This document shows positions 41,065 to 51,728 of a DNA stretch of 64,000 bases, one piece after another. Numbering within the stretch: the first letter of the stretch is position 1; each line of letters begins with the position of its first letter. The translations under genes and the position numbers were made by a program. This stretch comes from an uncultured bacterium (GTDB lineage Bacteria > Oederibacteriota > PGYV01 > CAWJRG01), in NCBI GenBank assembly GCA_963845185.1, contig CAWJRG010000009.1, positions 608,001-672,000 of the forward strand, in the 5' to 3' direction. The notes under the pieces are model-generated. The model had not been told where the DNA came from. It made no database searches and saw nothing but the letters and a program-made list of their open reading frames with translations.

Positions 41065-41205
41065 ATGAAAAAAGGTTTTATAAATAAAAATGCTATTTTA
41101 ATTATCGGAATTGTTTTAGTCGGCGCCAGTTTTTTTGTCCATGACTATTCCATGCAGCCTTTAGTGGTCGGCGCTGTTTTAATCGGCGTAGGCCTTTTGA
41201 AATAG
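41065..41205 (+). CDS. Small two-helix membrane protein (46 aa), below the ORF-track cutoff
   Basis: AAGGAGG RBS; MKKGFINKNAILIIGIVLVGASFFVHDYSMQPLVVGAVLIGVGLLK*. Confidence 0.65.
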   Translation: MKKGFINKNAILIIGIVLVGASFFVHDYSMQPLVVGAVLIGVGLLK

Positions 41206-41393
41206 CTGCAGGTTTTAACCAGGTCCATTACGCAGTATTAGGGGCGTACGCTGAATCCGTATAAAATTTTAACCAAGGACTCATATCTGTAGAGGAAACC
41301 ATAAACTATCCGCTATTGCTCGAGTTTATGGTCCTGTTCCGGGGCAAAACGGCTGGTACACGGGAAATTGAAATCAAAGGAAGGAGAACACTA

Positions 41394-41558
41394 ATGGCAA
41401 AAGAAACACAGAAACTGTCACTCGAAGCATTTCAGAACGAAGTCCGCAAGCTCGCCGGAGAAATCTACAAGAAAAGAACTGCCGGCAAGAAGTCCGGCGA
41501 TTCGCTTTCAGACTGGCTGCAGGCGGAGAAAGAAGTAAAGAAGGAATACGGGATATAA
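41394..41558 (+). CDS. DUF2934-like small protein
   Basis: VRKLAGEIYKKR...DWLQAEKE; AAGGAG RBS. Confidence 0.75.
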   Translation: MAKETQKLSLEAFQNEVRKLAGEIYKKRTAGKKSGDSLSDWLQAEKEVKKEYGI

Positions 41559-41693
41559 GATAATCATCCAGCCACACGGTAGTTAAGGAAAAAGGCATCA
41601 CTTGCCCGCTTAATTATGCGTTGCAGGCATTTAATTGACAATTAATCGCAAGATTAAATTGTGCATGAACCTGTTTAAAAGGAGGTAACTTAA

Positions 41694-41939
41694 ATGAAAA
41701 AAATAATCATGGTATTGATGGCAACCGCGTTTGCAATTTCGATGGCGTTTGCAGTTGAAAAACCTGCTGCAGTAGCAACAGCAGCGGTTGCAGTTTCAGC
41801 TCCAGCCGGGGCAACCGGGACAGTAAAACCGGTTGTAAAGAAAATAAAGAAAGCAAAAAAAGCGAAAAAGGCAGTTGTGAAAGTCAAGGCTACAGAAACA
41901 GCTCCAGCAGCAGCAGCCGTAACTCCAGCAGCAAAGTAA
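41694..41939 (+). CDS. Small secreted Ala/Lys-rich protein
   Basis: AGGAGG RBS, signal peptide ending AFA, low-complexity mature part, downstream terminator. Confidence 0.75.
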   Translation: MKKIIMVLMATAFAISMAFAVEKPAAVATAAVAVSAPAGATGTVKPVVKKIKKAKKAKKAVVKVKATETAPAAAAVTPAAK

Positions 41940-41963
41940 AGCAAAAATATTGTTTTGATTTTG

Positions 41964-42001
41964 AAAAGGCATAGAATCATAACGGTTCTATGCCTTTTTT
42001 T
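41964..42001 (+). terminator. Rho-independent terminator
   Basis: AAAAGGCATAGAA...TTCTATGCCTTTTTTT. Confidence 0.8.
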
Positions 42002-42163
42002 GTCCGCCGGTTTATCCGCCGGCTTGCACGCCATAGTCTACTGACGAAGGCGGCAATTGAAAATTGGAAATTGTTTAAAATTTCAAATCCAAACCCTCAT
42101 CCTTGTTTTGAATGAGCGCATGATATTGCTTGATTCTGCGAAAAAATATATTATAATAAGCAT

Positions 42164-42454
42164 ATGAAAAAACTTGATGAAATAATCAGGCGTTTAAAAG
42201 AGCTTGAGCCGGAACTGGCTGAAAAATACAAGGTGAAAAGCCTTGCTGTATTCGGTTCATTTGCAAGAAACCAGCAGGGGGAAAACAGCGACCTGGATAT
42301 ACTTGTCGAATTTTCCGGGCCTGTAGGTTTTGAGTTTTTTAGGGCCCAGAGATTTCTGGAAGAGAAACTGGGGATGAAAGTCGACCTTGTCACAAGGGAC
42401 GCTATCAAGCCGGGCATTGAAAAGAACGTATTGAGGGATCTGGCACGTGTCTGA
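42164..42454 (+). CDS. MNT-type nucleotidyltransferase antitoxin
   Basis: FGSFAR...SDLDILV...KVDLV. Confidence 0.9.
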   Translation: MKKLDEIIRRLKELEPELAEKYKVKSLAVFGSFARNQQGENSDLDILVEFSGPVGFEFFRAQRFLEEKLGMKVDLVTRDAIKPGIEKNVLRDLARV

Positions 42455-42782
42455 AAGAGATTACAGCCTTTATATTTCCGATATTCTCCAGTCAATCAAG
42501 AACATACATGAATATATCGCCGGGATGGACGAGTCAAAATTTAAATCGGATAAAAAAACCATAGATGCCGTGATTAGAAATTTTGAAATAATAGGCGAGG
42601 CCGCGAATAAACTGCCGGATGATATAAGAATGAAAACCCCTGATATACCGTGGCGGGATATTATTGATTTCAGGAACAGGATAGCGCATGAATATTTTGG
42701 AGTAAGTGTTTCAATAGTATGGCAGATAATCGGGAAAGAACTCACGCCCTTAAAAGATAATATGGAAAAATTAAACAAATAA
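42447..42782 (+). CDS. HEPN (DUF86/HepT-like) ribonuclease toxin
   Basis: DAVIRNFEIIGEA, RNRIAHEY (Rx4H). Confidence 0.92.
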   Translation: MSERDYSLYISDILQSIKNIHEYIAGMDESKFKSDKKTIDAVIRNFEIIGEAANKLPDDIRMKTPDIPWRDIIDFRNRIAHEYFGVSVSIVWQIIGKELTPLKDNMEKLNK

Positions 42783-42931
42783 CCCATCATGCCTTTTTTA
42801 ACCGATAAATGCTCTCGCCGCCTGCATTATTTAAATTTTTTCCCGCTTACCGTTTTACCCGCTTTTATGAAGGGAAGTGATTGGTCCGTGGGATTGGTAC
42901 GGGAATTCCAAATTACTGAATGGAGAACACA

Positions 42932-43468
42932 ATGAGCCAGTATGAAAGCCCGGTACGGGAAAAGCAGGAAAAAGCCCTGAAGTTTTTGTTCATTGGTTTC
43001 GCCGCGGTGCCGGTGCTGTATTTTATTATATGCGTGGTTTTGTTGCGCTATAGGTTTAAGCCGATACACCCGGGATTTGCGCCGCTGACTCCAGCAAATT
43101 ACAATATACTCAGGATAGTCCTGGCTGTGATAAGCATTGTCGAAACCCTGTTTGTCCTGAACATCAAGCGCGCGATAGACTCCGGGAACATCTTCGGGTT
43201 TGCCAGAGGATTTTTCAGCCAGTTGACGGAATCAACGGCAGATGACATGTCAACTGCCGCGAATTTTAATATTTCCATATACGCTTTTTGCGTGTCAATC
43301 GCGATATACGGGCTGGTACTTTTCCTGCTGAACGGAATAGCCATTGACGCTTATGCGTTCTTTGTTTTAAGTGAAATTTTATTTTTGATGTTTGTGCCGG
43401 CCAAAGCATATATAAATAAGCTGATTGCCATGAAGGCAGCCAGCCGGCAGCAGGGGATGGGAAGTTGA
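42932..43468 (+). CDS. Hypothetical membrane protein
   Basis: Four hydrophobic segments; GGAG before ATG 42932. Confidence 0.7.
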   Translation: MSQYESPVREKQEKALKFLFIGFAAVPVLYFIICVVLLRYRFKPIHPGFAPLTPANYNILRIVLAVISIVETLFVLNIKRAIDSGNIFGFARGFFSQLTESTADDMSTAANFNISIYAFCVSIAIYGLVLFLLNGIAIDAYAFFVLSEILFLMFVPAKAYINKLIAMKAASRQQGMGS

Positions 43469-43519
43469 TTGGTCCGGCATTCAAGCATTTGAACCCCAAA
43501 TTGAATAAACAGGCATAAT

Positions 43520-44119
43520 ATGAAAAAAATATTACTGGTTCTTCTTGCATTCCTTGCAATGGGTCCCGCAGTATTGGCAATATGGCCGGATTTGCCCGCA
43601 GAAAAAAGTTTCTACTATGGCCTAAGAGCAGGCCTGGATGCCCCTTTAAACACAGACGGCAGCGATGCGTTTTTTACAGCAGGATTATTTGCGGGGCATA
43701 ACATTAACGGCATTCTGGCATTGCAGCTGGAACTTAATTATTTTGGCGTATACGTCACTTATATGGACCTTGTTTTTTCGCCAAGCTATTCCAATCCGAT
43801 TGAACATACGGTATCCAATTATATCCAGGTCCCGCTTTTATTAAAAACACATTTTCTGAAATCAAAAGATTATTCTCCCTATGCGGATATTGGGCCTGCT
43901 TTTGATTCGATATTTTCGGTAAGTTCAAACGCAGGCAATCTGCCGCTCAAGTACACATACATGAGCCTGGGCGGCATAATCGGCCTGGGCATTGATTTTC
44001 CTTACGAAGGGGGAAACGCGGTGGAAGCGGAAATCAGGGCTGACCAGTCCATTGTAAATAATTCCGGCATAACAACACTTCCGGTTTTTCTTTATATAAC
44101 GCTCGGGTATATTTTTTAA
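43520..44119 (+). CDS. Small outer-membrane beta-barrel protein
   Basis: Signal peptide, LQLELNY, YIQVPLLLK, C-terminal GYIF. Confidence 0.75.
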   Translation: MKKILLVLLAFLAMGPAVLAIWPDLPAEKSFYYGLRAGLDAPLNTDGSDAFFTAGLFAGHNINGILALQLELNYFGVYVTYMDLVFSPSYSNPIEHTVSNYIQVPLLLKTHFLKSKDYSPYADIGPAFDSIFSVSSNAGNLPLKYTYMSLGGIIGLGIDFPYEGGNAVEAEIRADQSIVNNSGITTLPVFLYITLGYIF

Positions 44120-44256
44120 AATACTTTACAGTGGGATTTGCTCCTGCCTGCCCCCCGGCCTTATCGCATATCCGGAGCCGTTGCAAAATAACCTTGAATT
44201 AGCCTGCTTATTGGGGTATATTTTATACAGGAATTATGCCTGAAAAAGGAGACGCC

Positions 44257-45396
44257 ATGAAAAAAGCATTGTCAGTTATTGCAGCATTAATTGTTTTTGT
44301 TTTAATATCCGGTTCGTGTTCAAAGAAAAACCCGTCAGCGCCGGCTCCGACGCCGAACGCCACGCAGACAGCAGCCGCAATCGGGACAATGGTTGCGCAG
44401 CAGCAGACAGCGGGTGCGGCAGGATATACCGTTACAGCCACATTTACGCTTACCCCGACGCTGAACGCCACGCAGACAGCAGCGGCAATTTTGACGCTTG
44501 TTGCGCAGCAGCAGACAGCAGGCGCATCAGGATATACCGCGACGCCTACATTTACATCCACGCTTACGCCGAATGCCACGCAGACAGCGGCCGCAATCGC
44601 GACAATAGTTGCGCAGCAGCAGACAGCTGCAGCGGCGCTGTGGACAAAAACCCCGACATTTACGGTGACACCCGGGCCGCCCGCATGCCCGATAAAGACT
44701 CCTGTGCCTCCGTCATACGGACTGCTTATAGACAACTGCGACAGCGGAAATAATACGAACCTGCTCGGCGGGGGATGGTACACCGTAAATGACTGCAGCA
44801 ACGGCGGTAATTCCCGGGTCTGGCCATCTTCATACACCACGGGAGGGTTTTTTGCCATGGATTATCCGGGAATAGGGAACTGCGGTTATGCGGCACACAT
44901 TACAGGGACAGTAAACGGCGCAAGCCAGGGCGGGTACCAGTACGGGTATATCGCCCTGGGCACAGATTCAAACCAAAATGCATGGTCACAATGCATGGGC
45001 GTGGACTGGTCGGCTTATGCAGGCATCCAGTTCTGGGCAAAAACCGGGCCATCGGATTCGGGCTACGGTTACAGGGTAATAATACCCTACTCGGCAGACG
45101 GCGCAAGCAACACAGTAGCAGCAGGCACGGGCAATACATGCATTGACCCGCAGTATGCAGTATCGTGCATATCGCTGGACGCATATTCGGACAACCAGTA
45201 CGTATTTTCGCCTCCGGCAACATGGACTCAATATAAAGTACCTTTCAGCTCTTTTTCCGGGCCGGGCTGGGGCACTACGCCGCCCATTGCAACAGTGCTG
45301 AAAGACGTAAAAAGCGTGGAGTGGCACACTTACAACGAAACGAGTTACCCGTATAATGTTGATTTTTGGCTGGATGAGATAATGCTGTATTATTGA
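44257..45396 (+). CDS. Lipoprotein with 36-aa repeats and a CBM11/CIA30-like carbohydrate-binding domain
   Basis: 108-bp repeats starting at 44350, 44458 and 44566; LLIDNCD...GGGWY, DWSAYAGIQFWAK, WTQYKVPFSSF, FWLDEI. Confidence 0.75.
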   Translation: MKKALSVIAALIVFVLISGSCSKKNPSAPAPTPNATQTAAAIGTMVAQQQTAGAAGYTVTATFTLTPTLNATQTAAAILTLVAQQQTAGASGYTATPTFTSTLTPNATQTAAAIATIVAQQQTAAAALWTKTPTFTVTPGPPACPIKTPVPPSYGLLIDNCDSGNNTNLLGGGWYTVNDCSNGGNSRVWPSSYTTGGFFAMDYPGIGNCGYAAHITGTVNGASQGGYQYGYIALGTDSNQNAWSQCMGVDWSAYAGIQFWAKTGPSDSGYGYRVIIPYSADGASNTVAAGTGNTCIDPQYAVSCISLDAYSDNQYVFSPPATWTQYKVPFSSFSGPGWGTTPPIATVLKDVKSVEWHTYNETSYPYNVDFWLDEIMLYY

Positions 45397-45424
45397 TGAA
45401 TTGAATGTTGGATTATAAATATGG

Positions 45425-45454
45425 GCCCGGGGCGAAAGCTCCGGGCTTTTTTTT
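45425..45454 (+). terminator. Rho-independent terminator
   Basis: GCCCGGGGC-GAAA-GCTCCGGGC-T8. Confidence 0.88.
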
Positions 45455-46196
45455 ATGCGGAGGGATTTTTGATTTTGTAATGGAATGCCGGCCATAAACT
45501 ATTTGCTGTTGCTCAAGTCTTTAGTCATGTACCGGGCTATGTACCGGAACAAAGTGATTGGTTCAGGGGACTGGCACAGGTATGCCGGATTACTGAATGG
45601 ATATTGTTATTATTAGTGTGTAATTTCAATTCTATTATAATTAGAAAGAGAAACCCCTCTCCCTTGACGGGAGAGGGACAGGGTGAGGGTGGAAATTTTT
45701 ACGGTTTCTACGCTCCCCTCACTCTGACTCTCTCCCGCAAGGGGAGAGAGGTTATTTATTTTTGAAATTACACACTTTTTTATACACCATCCTGAATGGA
45801 TACTTCTTGATTTTTCACCTGTTTGGGCGCATACTTATGTGTATAAACATTAAGATATTTGGTATTTTGCATTTGGGATTTGGTATTCGAATGCAAATGC
45901 AAAATTCCAAATGCCAAATGACTGAATGGATTTTAATTGAAAATTGAAAAAATAATACCGCTTGTCCTTGGCTAAAGCCTCGGACTTGAGCGGCTTGACA
46001 GAGTTTGATTTTGCAAGCGTCAATAGCGAAGCAAAATCGTTACTCTGACATGTCCATGCAAAGCATGGAGTGAAAGATGTTTTGTTTGAGCCTGTTGACG
46101 GCTTGACAAAATAAACTATGGGTAGTTTTTATATGATGATTTAAGGAAACTACCCGTCAAATAGTCCGCTGGACTATTTGACTAAAGGAGGCGGAA

Positions 46197-47324
46197 ATGA
46201 AAAAATTTTTAATCCCGGTATTGATTCTCGCAATGATTTTTATTACAGTTACCTGCGCGAAAAAGAAATCCTCACCGACTGCTCCTGCGCCGACAAATAC
46301 GCAGCAGCCTGCGCCTGTAAATACGGCAACCAATACTATAACCAATATTACGCTGACATTGACAATTACAAATACCTATACAAGTACCTCTTCTTATACG
46401 CCTACTTTTACCGTTACGTCGACGCCGACCGATACAGTGGTCCCTTGCTCCACATGGACACAGGCAATAACCGGCGCAAGTTTTTCCATCAGGCACAGCG
46501 CCACAAGCCTGGCATATAACAATTTAATGTGGGTAATAGGCGGATGGATATGCCCGAATACTACAAACGATGTCTGGTTCTCTTTGGACGGAATAAGCTG
46601 GTATAATGCAACAGCTTCTGCTTCATTTCCCATAAGGCACAACCACAACAGCGTAGTTTATAATAATGCAATGTGGGTTATTGCAGGATGGACTTCCGGC
46701 CCTCCCGCAAGTTATCTTAATGATGTTTGGTATTCCACAGATGGAACAAACTGGTACAGCGCAAATCCAGGCGCGCCTTTTTCGCCAAGGGAATTTTCTT
46801 CAAGTGTTGTATATAACAATTTAATGTGGGTTATAGGCGGATGGGCAAACAACGTTGATTATAACGACGTTTGGTGGTCCGCAGACGGCGTAAACTGGTA
46901 TTCCGCCACAAATAACGCGGAATTTTCACCGCGGCACGGCCATACCACTCTGGCGTATGACAATAAGATGTGGGTAATAGGCGGCCAGCAGGGAAGCAGC
47001 TTCAATAATTGCCTGAATGATGTGTGGTATTCAACAAACGGGATTTCATGGACACAGGCAAGTTCAGGCGGTTTCAGCGCAAGGATGGGGCATTCAAGCG
47101 TGGTTTATGACAACAGCATGTGGGTAATAGGCGGATTAGGCGTTACAGATTATAATGACATTTATTATTCATCGGACGGCGTCAGTTGGACACACATAGT
47201 GCCTTCTTCGGGCTTTCCTACGAGATACTATGCCGGTACCGTAGTCTTTAACAATAAAATCTGGGAAATTGCCGGCATGAACAATAGTGTTGAGTGCCTT
47301 AACGATGTCTGGTCTACACCATAA
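46197..47324 (+). CDS. Lipoprotein with Thr-rich linker and six Kelch-like repeats
   Basis: Paralogue of 35141-36136 (YNNxMWVIGG...NDVW). Confidence 0.88.
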   Translation: MKKFLIPVLILAMIFITVTCAKKKSSPTAPAPTNTQQPAPVNTATNTITNITLTLTITNTYTSTSSYTPTFTVTSTPTDTVVPCSTWTQAITGASFSIRHSATSLAYNNLMWVIGGWICPNTTNDVWFSLDGISWYNATASASFPIRHNHNSVVYNNAMWVIAGWTSGPPASYLNDVWYSTDGTNWYSANPGAPFSPREFSSSVVYNNLMWVIGGWANNVDYNDVWWSADGVNWYSATNNAEFSPRHGHTTLAYDNKMWVIGGQQGSSFNNCLNDVWYSTNGISWTQASSGGFSARMGHSSVVYDNSMWVIGGLGVTDYNDIYYSSDGVSWTHIVPSSGFPTRYYAGTVVFNNKIWEIAGMNNSVECLNDVWSTP

Positions 47325-47394
47325 AATTGTTTTTCGTTGAAAATTGAAAATTATTTGATTGCCGGATTTTGAGGTATGATAATGACTGGGAAAG

Positions 47395-48481
47395 ATGATA
47401 AAACAACAAAAAGGACAGGTTATGAAACCGGAAAAAAATAAAGACATTATCACGCAATCATATAAAAAGGCCATAAAGGATATAAAAAACAAGATACTGC
47501 GGGCGAGGCAAAACGCCGTTGTTTCGGTAAATAAAGAGCTTATATTTTTGTATTGGGAAATAGGGAATATAATACTTCAAAAACAGGAAAACGAAGGATG
47601 GGGCGCGAAAGTAATAGACAGGATGTCCACCGACCTGTCGCGTGAATTTGCCGATATGAAGGGTTTTTCTGTGCGGAACCTTAAATACATGCTCAAGTTC
47701 GCGGAAGAAAACAAGTACCGCGCAATTGTGCAACAGGTTGTTGCACAATTGCCATGGGGAAGCAATATCGTACTTCTGAATAAACTCAACAGCCAGGCCG
47801 ACAGGCTATGGTACGCGAAAAAAGCTATAGAAAACGGCTGGTCAAGAAATGTCCTTGCGCATCAGATAGAGTCCGGACTGTATAAAAGGCAGGTATCCGG
47901 AAGCAAGACGCATAATTTTCGCAAGACACTGCAGGGAACACAGTCCGACCTGGCTCATGAAACCATCAAGGACCCTTATATTTTTGACTTTTTAAATATG
48001 TCCGAACAGGTTTCTGAAAAAGAGCTCGAAACCGGGCTAATAAACCATCTCGCATCATTTTTGCTCGAACTCGGCAAAGGTTTTGCCTATGTCGGCAGGC
48101 AATACCATCTGGAAGCAGGCGGGGAAGATTTTTTATATAGACCTGCTTTTTTATCATCTTGAACTCCGCTGTTATGTTGCGATAGAATTAAAAACTGGAA
48201 AGTTTAAGCCCGAATATGCCGGTAAAATGAATTTTTACCTGACTGCCATAGACAGCCTGCTGAATAAACCCGGAGACAACCAGGCGATAGGCATAATACT
48301 ATGCAAGGACAAAAATAAAGTGATAGCAGAGTACTCGCTGCGCGATATAAAGAAACCGATAGGCATATCGGCGTATAAGACAGCAACAAAGATAAAAAAC
48401 AAACTGCCGGATATTAAAATAATGGAAAAAGAAATGGATAATTATTTACTTAAAGAAGAAGCGGCGAAATACGGGAAATGA
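47395..48481 (+). pseudogene. YhcG/DUF1016 PD-(D/E)XK protein, frameshifted at a T6 run (48129-48134)
   Basis: GWGAKVI, KDPYIFDFL, LLELGKGF; removing one T restores EDFYIDLLFYH. Confidence 0.88.
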
Positions 48482-48693
48482 ATCCCGGAATGTTTTTTTA
48501 ATTGAAAATTGGAAACTTATAGCGTTTATTTTGTCGAGCCAAAGGCGATAACAAAATATTACGCTATCAAGTACCCGCTCAAGTCTTGAGCTTGCGAAAG
48601 ACAAGAGGTATTGGGAATTATTAAAAGCCAAAGGAAAGTCCTGAGCCCAGCCCTGAGCTTGCCGAAGGGGATGGATTTTGAGGTATGAGGATT

Positions 48694-49401
48694 ATGAATA
48701 AAAATAACGATAACAAGACAAAAAGAGCTGATACAAGAGCCGCTGAAGCATGCAACATCAGCGGGATAGTAAAAGGGAAATCAGGCGATTTTAAAAGCGC
48801 CATCAGGGATTTTAACAAAGCCATAAAATACGACCCCGGATACGCGCCTGCTTACATCAACCGCGGCAACGCGAAATATTATCTTGCTGACTTTAAAGGC
48901 GCCATTGAGGATTGCATGCAGGCAATAGAGCTTGAACCAAGATCCGCGGCTGCTTATAACAACCTCGGCAATGCCAGAGGCGCTTTAGGCGATTGCAAGG
49001 CGGCGATTAAGGATTATGATAAGGCAATGGAACTAAACCCAAAGGACGCGGAATTTTGCTATAACCGGGGCACTGTTAAATATGCTTCAGGTGATTTTAA
49101 AGGCGCTATCGGGGATTGCAACAGGGCAATAGAATTAAATCCGGAATACGCGGATGCTTATAACAACCGGGCCACAGCAAAAGACAGGCTGGGCGACTTC
49201 AAAGGAGCAATTGAGGATTATACCAAAACAATCGGGCTAAAGCCGGAACTGGCCCGTGCTTACAGCAACCGCGGGCTCGTTAAAAATAAACTGGGCGATA
49301 AGCGGGGCGCGATTGAGGATTTAAACATGGCTGTGGAGCTTGGGGATACCGGAGCATATGAAATAATCAAGCAAATTGAGGGGAAATTGGATGGGAAATG
49401 A
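48694..49401 (+). CDS. Tetratricopeptide repeat protein
   Basis: Six AYxNRG...GDxKGAIxD..KAIELxP units. Confidence 0.92.
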   Translation: MNKNNDNKTKRADTRAAEACNISGIVKGKSGDFKSAIRDFNKAIKYDPGYAPAYINRGNAKYYLADFKGAIEDCMQAIELEPRSAAAYNNLGNARGALGDCKAAIKDYDKAMELNPKDAEFCYNRGTVKYASGDFKGAIGDCNRAIELNPEYADAYNNRATAKDRLGDFKGAIEDYTKTIGLKPELARAYSNRGLVKNKLGDKRGAIEDLNMAVELGDTGAYEIIKQIEGKLDGK

Positions 49402-49524
49402 ATCCCGGATTGTTTTAATGAATGCGCCGGGAATAATGTGTTTGGTGTTTTGAATCCCCGATACCGAACAGAGAATTTATGTTAAAATAAGTATTGAAAA
49501 TGAAAAAGTGACAGGAGAAAAACA

Positions 49525-50565
49525 TTGAAATCATTTATTAAAAAAGGTAGAGAGTTGTCGATACCGGCAGGCGCGGTATGGCTCATGAACGACATTTCCG
49601 AATTCAAGGGCAAACAGGAGCTTTACGCAAAGCAATCCCCGCAGGTTTTAAAGGCATTGATCGAGCGGGCTTTGATAGAAAGCGCGGAGTCTTCGAACAG
49701 GATAGAGGGAATAACAGTCGAGCATTCGCGCCTTAAACCGCTTGTGCTTCAGAACGCGAAGCCTAAAGACCGGTCAGAAGAGGAAGTTGCGGGATACAGG
49801 AAGGCGCTTGATTACATCCATAAAAATCACGCGTCAATAGAAATAACCCCTGATGTCGTAAAAGAACTTCATGCCATGGCGCAGGCCGGGGCGTGGGACG
49901 CGGGAAAATGGAAGGAAAAAGACAACGACATTATTAAAAAATATCCGGACGGCAGGAGCGAAGTAATATTCAGGCCTGTTTCCGCAAAAGATACGCCGGA
50001 GGCGATGAACAACCTTTGCAGGGCTTACTCTCATTCCGTGGACCAGTTAAAATACCCGCCGCTTTATGCCATATCCTGTCTTATCCTTGATTTCCTGAGC
50101 ATACACCCTTTCAGGGACGGCAACGGCAGGGTGTCGCGACTTCTGACGCTTCTTGCGCTTTATAAATATGGTTTTAACGTCGGCAAATACATAAGCCTCG
50201 AGCGCATTACAGAGGAATCAAAAGAAACATATTATGAAACTTTAAGTAAAAGTTCAGAGGGCTGGCATGAAGCAAAGCATGATGTGGAGCCGTGGCTGTT
50301 TTACTTCCTGGGTACGGTTTTGGCTGCTTACAGGGAATTTGAGCAAAGAGCGGGGAATGTTAAGGCCGCGCGCGGAGCGAAGACAGAGATGATAATAACG
50401 GCCATAAAGGAGTTTCCCGGAAATTTTAAAATAAGCGACATAGAACGCGCCTGCCCGTCTGTGAGCAGGGATATGATACGCACAATTTTAAGAAAATTAC
50501 AGAAAAACAAAGTCATAAAAAGCATGGGAAAGGGCCAATCTGCAGAGTGGAAACGAATAGGGTAA
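49525..50565 (+). CDS. Fic family protein
   Basis: HPFRDGNGRVSR Fic motif; C-terminal wHTH-like segment. Confidence 0.93.
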   Translation: MKSFIKKGRELSIPAGAVWLMNDISEFKGKQELYAKQSPQVLKALIERALIESAESSNRIEGITVEHSRLKPLVLQNAKPKDRSEEEVAGYRKALDYIHKNHASIEITPDVVKELHAMAQAGAWDAGKWKEKDNDIIKKYPDGRSEVIFRPVSAKDTPEAMNNLCRAYSHSVDQLKYPPLYAISCLILDFLSIHPFRDGNGRVSRLLTLLALYKYGFNVGKYISLERITEESKETYYETLSKSSEGWHEAKHDVEPWLFYFLGTVLAAYREFEQRAGNVKAARGAKTEMIITAIKEFPGNFKISDIERACPSVSRDMIRTILRKLQKNKVIKSMGKGQSAEWKRIG

Positions 50566-50832
50566 TAACCGCGTGAATGGGGTAATGAATGGGGTAATAA
50601 CATAAACGTGGTAATAAGTAGCCTGAACATAGTAATAAACGTGGCAATAACAAATAAACGCCTTAAAAATAAAGCAAATAATAGCTAAATAGGTAATATG
50701 TGTTTAATTAGGTATTTAATTAGGTGTTTTGAATCCCAAATCCGAGTTGGGTCAATTAATTGAGATTGACAATTGAGAATTGAAAATTTTTTGAATGCTG
50801 GATTTTGAGGTATAATGATTTAGGAGGAAAAA

Positions 50833-51636
50833 ATGAAAAATTGGCTAGTATTGCATGATATGTCAGCTTTTTCAACTCATCCAGATTATATTGGGAAAGA
50901 AGAAAGACAAGAAGGGAAAATTTCTAAAATTAAAAAGGGAGATAACGTTATTTATTATTGTACAGGTGATATGATAATAACAGGAATTTACAAAGTTGTT
51001 TCGGATTTGCAACATTGGAAAAAAGACCCGTTCTGGGAAGGTGGCCATGTTGTATATAAAATAAAACCGATTATTGAAGCACATGGGCCACAATATATTG
51101 GTTTAAATAACATGTTAAAAGAGATTTCTCTTAATGCATTCCCAAAGGGGAAAGTAGAAGGTATAAAACTTAAAGGCAGGACTGCTATTCCAATATCAAA
51201 GCATGATTTAAAAGCAATAGAAATGTATATAAAAAATTACAAAGGAAAATCAGAAAAATTATTTGCCGGAGTATCAAATGATGAAGGACTTGGGGAACCG
51301 ATGGAACTTGAGGTTATGGGCTATGCACCTACTTCAGAGGCAGGTGTTATTGTGTTGTTTGCTCATTTTTTAAAAAAACTCGGTTTTGAAAGGATTGAGT
51401 TTATTAGGGCTGGATTTCCGGATGCCTGTGTTCTTAAAAAAGTTGGCGAAAAATTTGAAAGAAAATATATTGAATTCGAATTTCAGTCTTCCTCTTTTAG
51501 AATTCATATTAAAAATCCCAAGCATAAGAATATTAAATGCGATTACATAGTATGCTGGGAAAATGATTTTATTAATTGTCCTGTACCTGTTATTGAATTA
51601 AAAACCGAATTGCAAAAATTAAGGATATTGAAATGA
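50833..51636 (+). CDS. EVE-like domain + PD-(D/E)XK-type nuclease; candidate modification-dependent endonuclease
   Basis: N-terminal W...KIKKGDNVIYY...GIYKVVS; C-terminal FPD...IEFE..S...CDYIVCW. Confidence 0.6.
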   Translation: MKNWLVLHDMSAFSTHPDYIGKEERQEGKISKIKKGDNVIYYCTGDMIITGIYKVVSDLQHWKKDPFWEGGHVVYKIKPIIEAHGPQYIGLNNMLKEISLNAFPKGKVEGIKLKGRTAIPISKHDLKAIEMYIKNYKGKSEKLFAGVSNDEGLGEPMELEVMGYAPTSEAGVIVLFAHFLKKLGFERIEFIRAGFPDACVLKKVGEKFERKYIEFEFQSSSFRIHIKNPKHKNIKCDYIVCWENDFINCPVPVIELKTELQKLRILK

Positions 51637-51728
51637 TTATAAAAATTTTTAAAAATCATTTCCAAACGTAAAGGATTTGATGAAAATACATTAATTTGAT
51701 AGAATGTAAACAAAAGTAAAGGAGCTTT

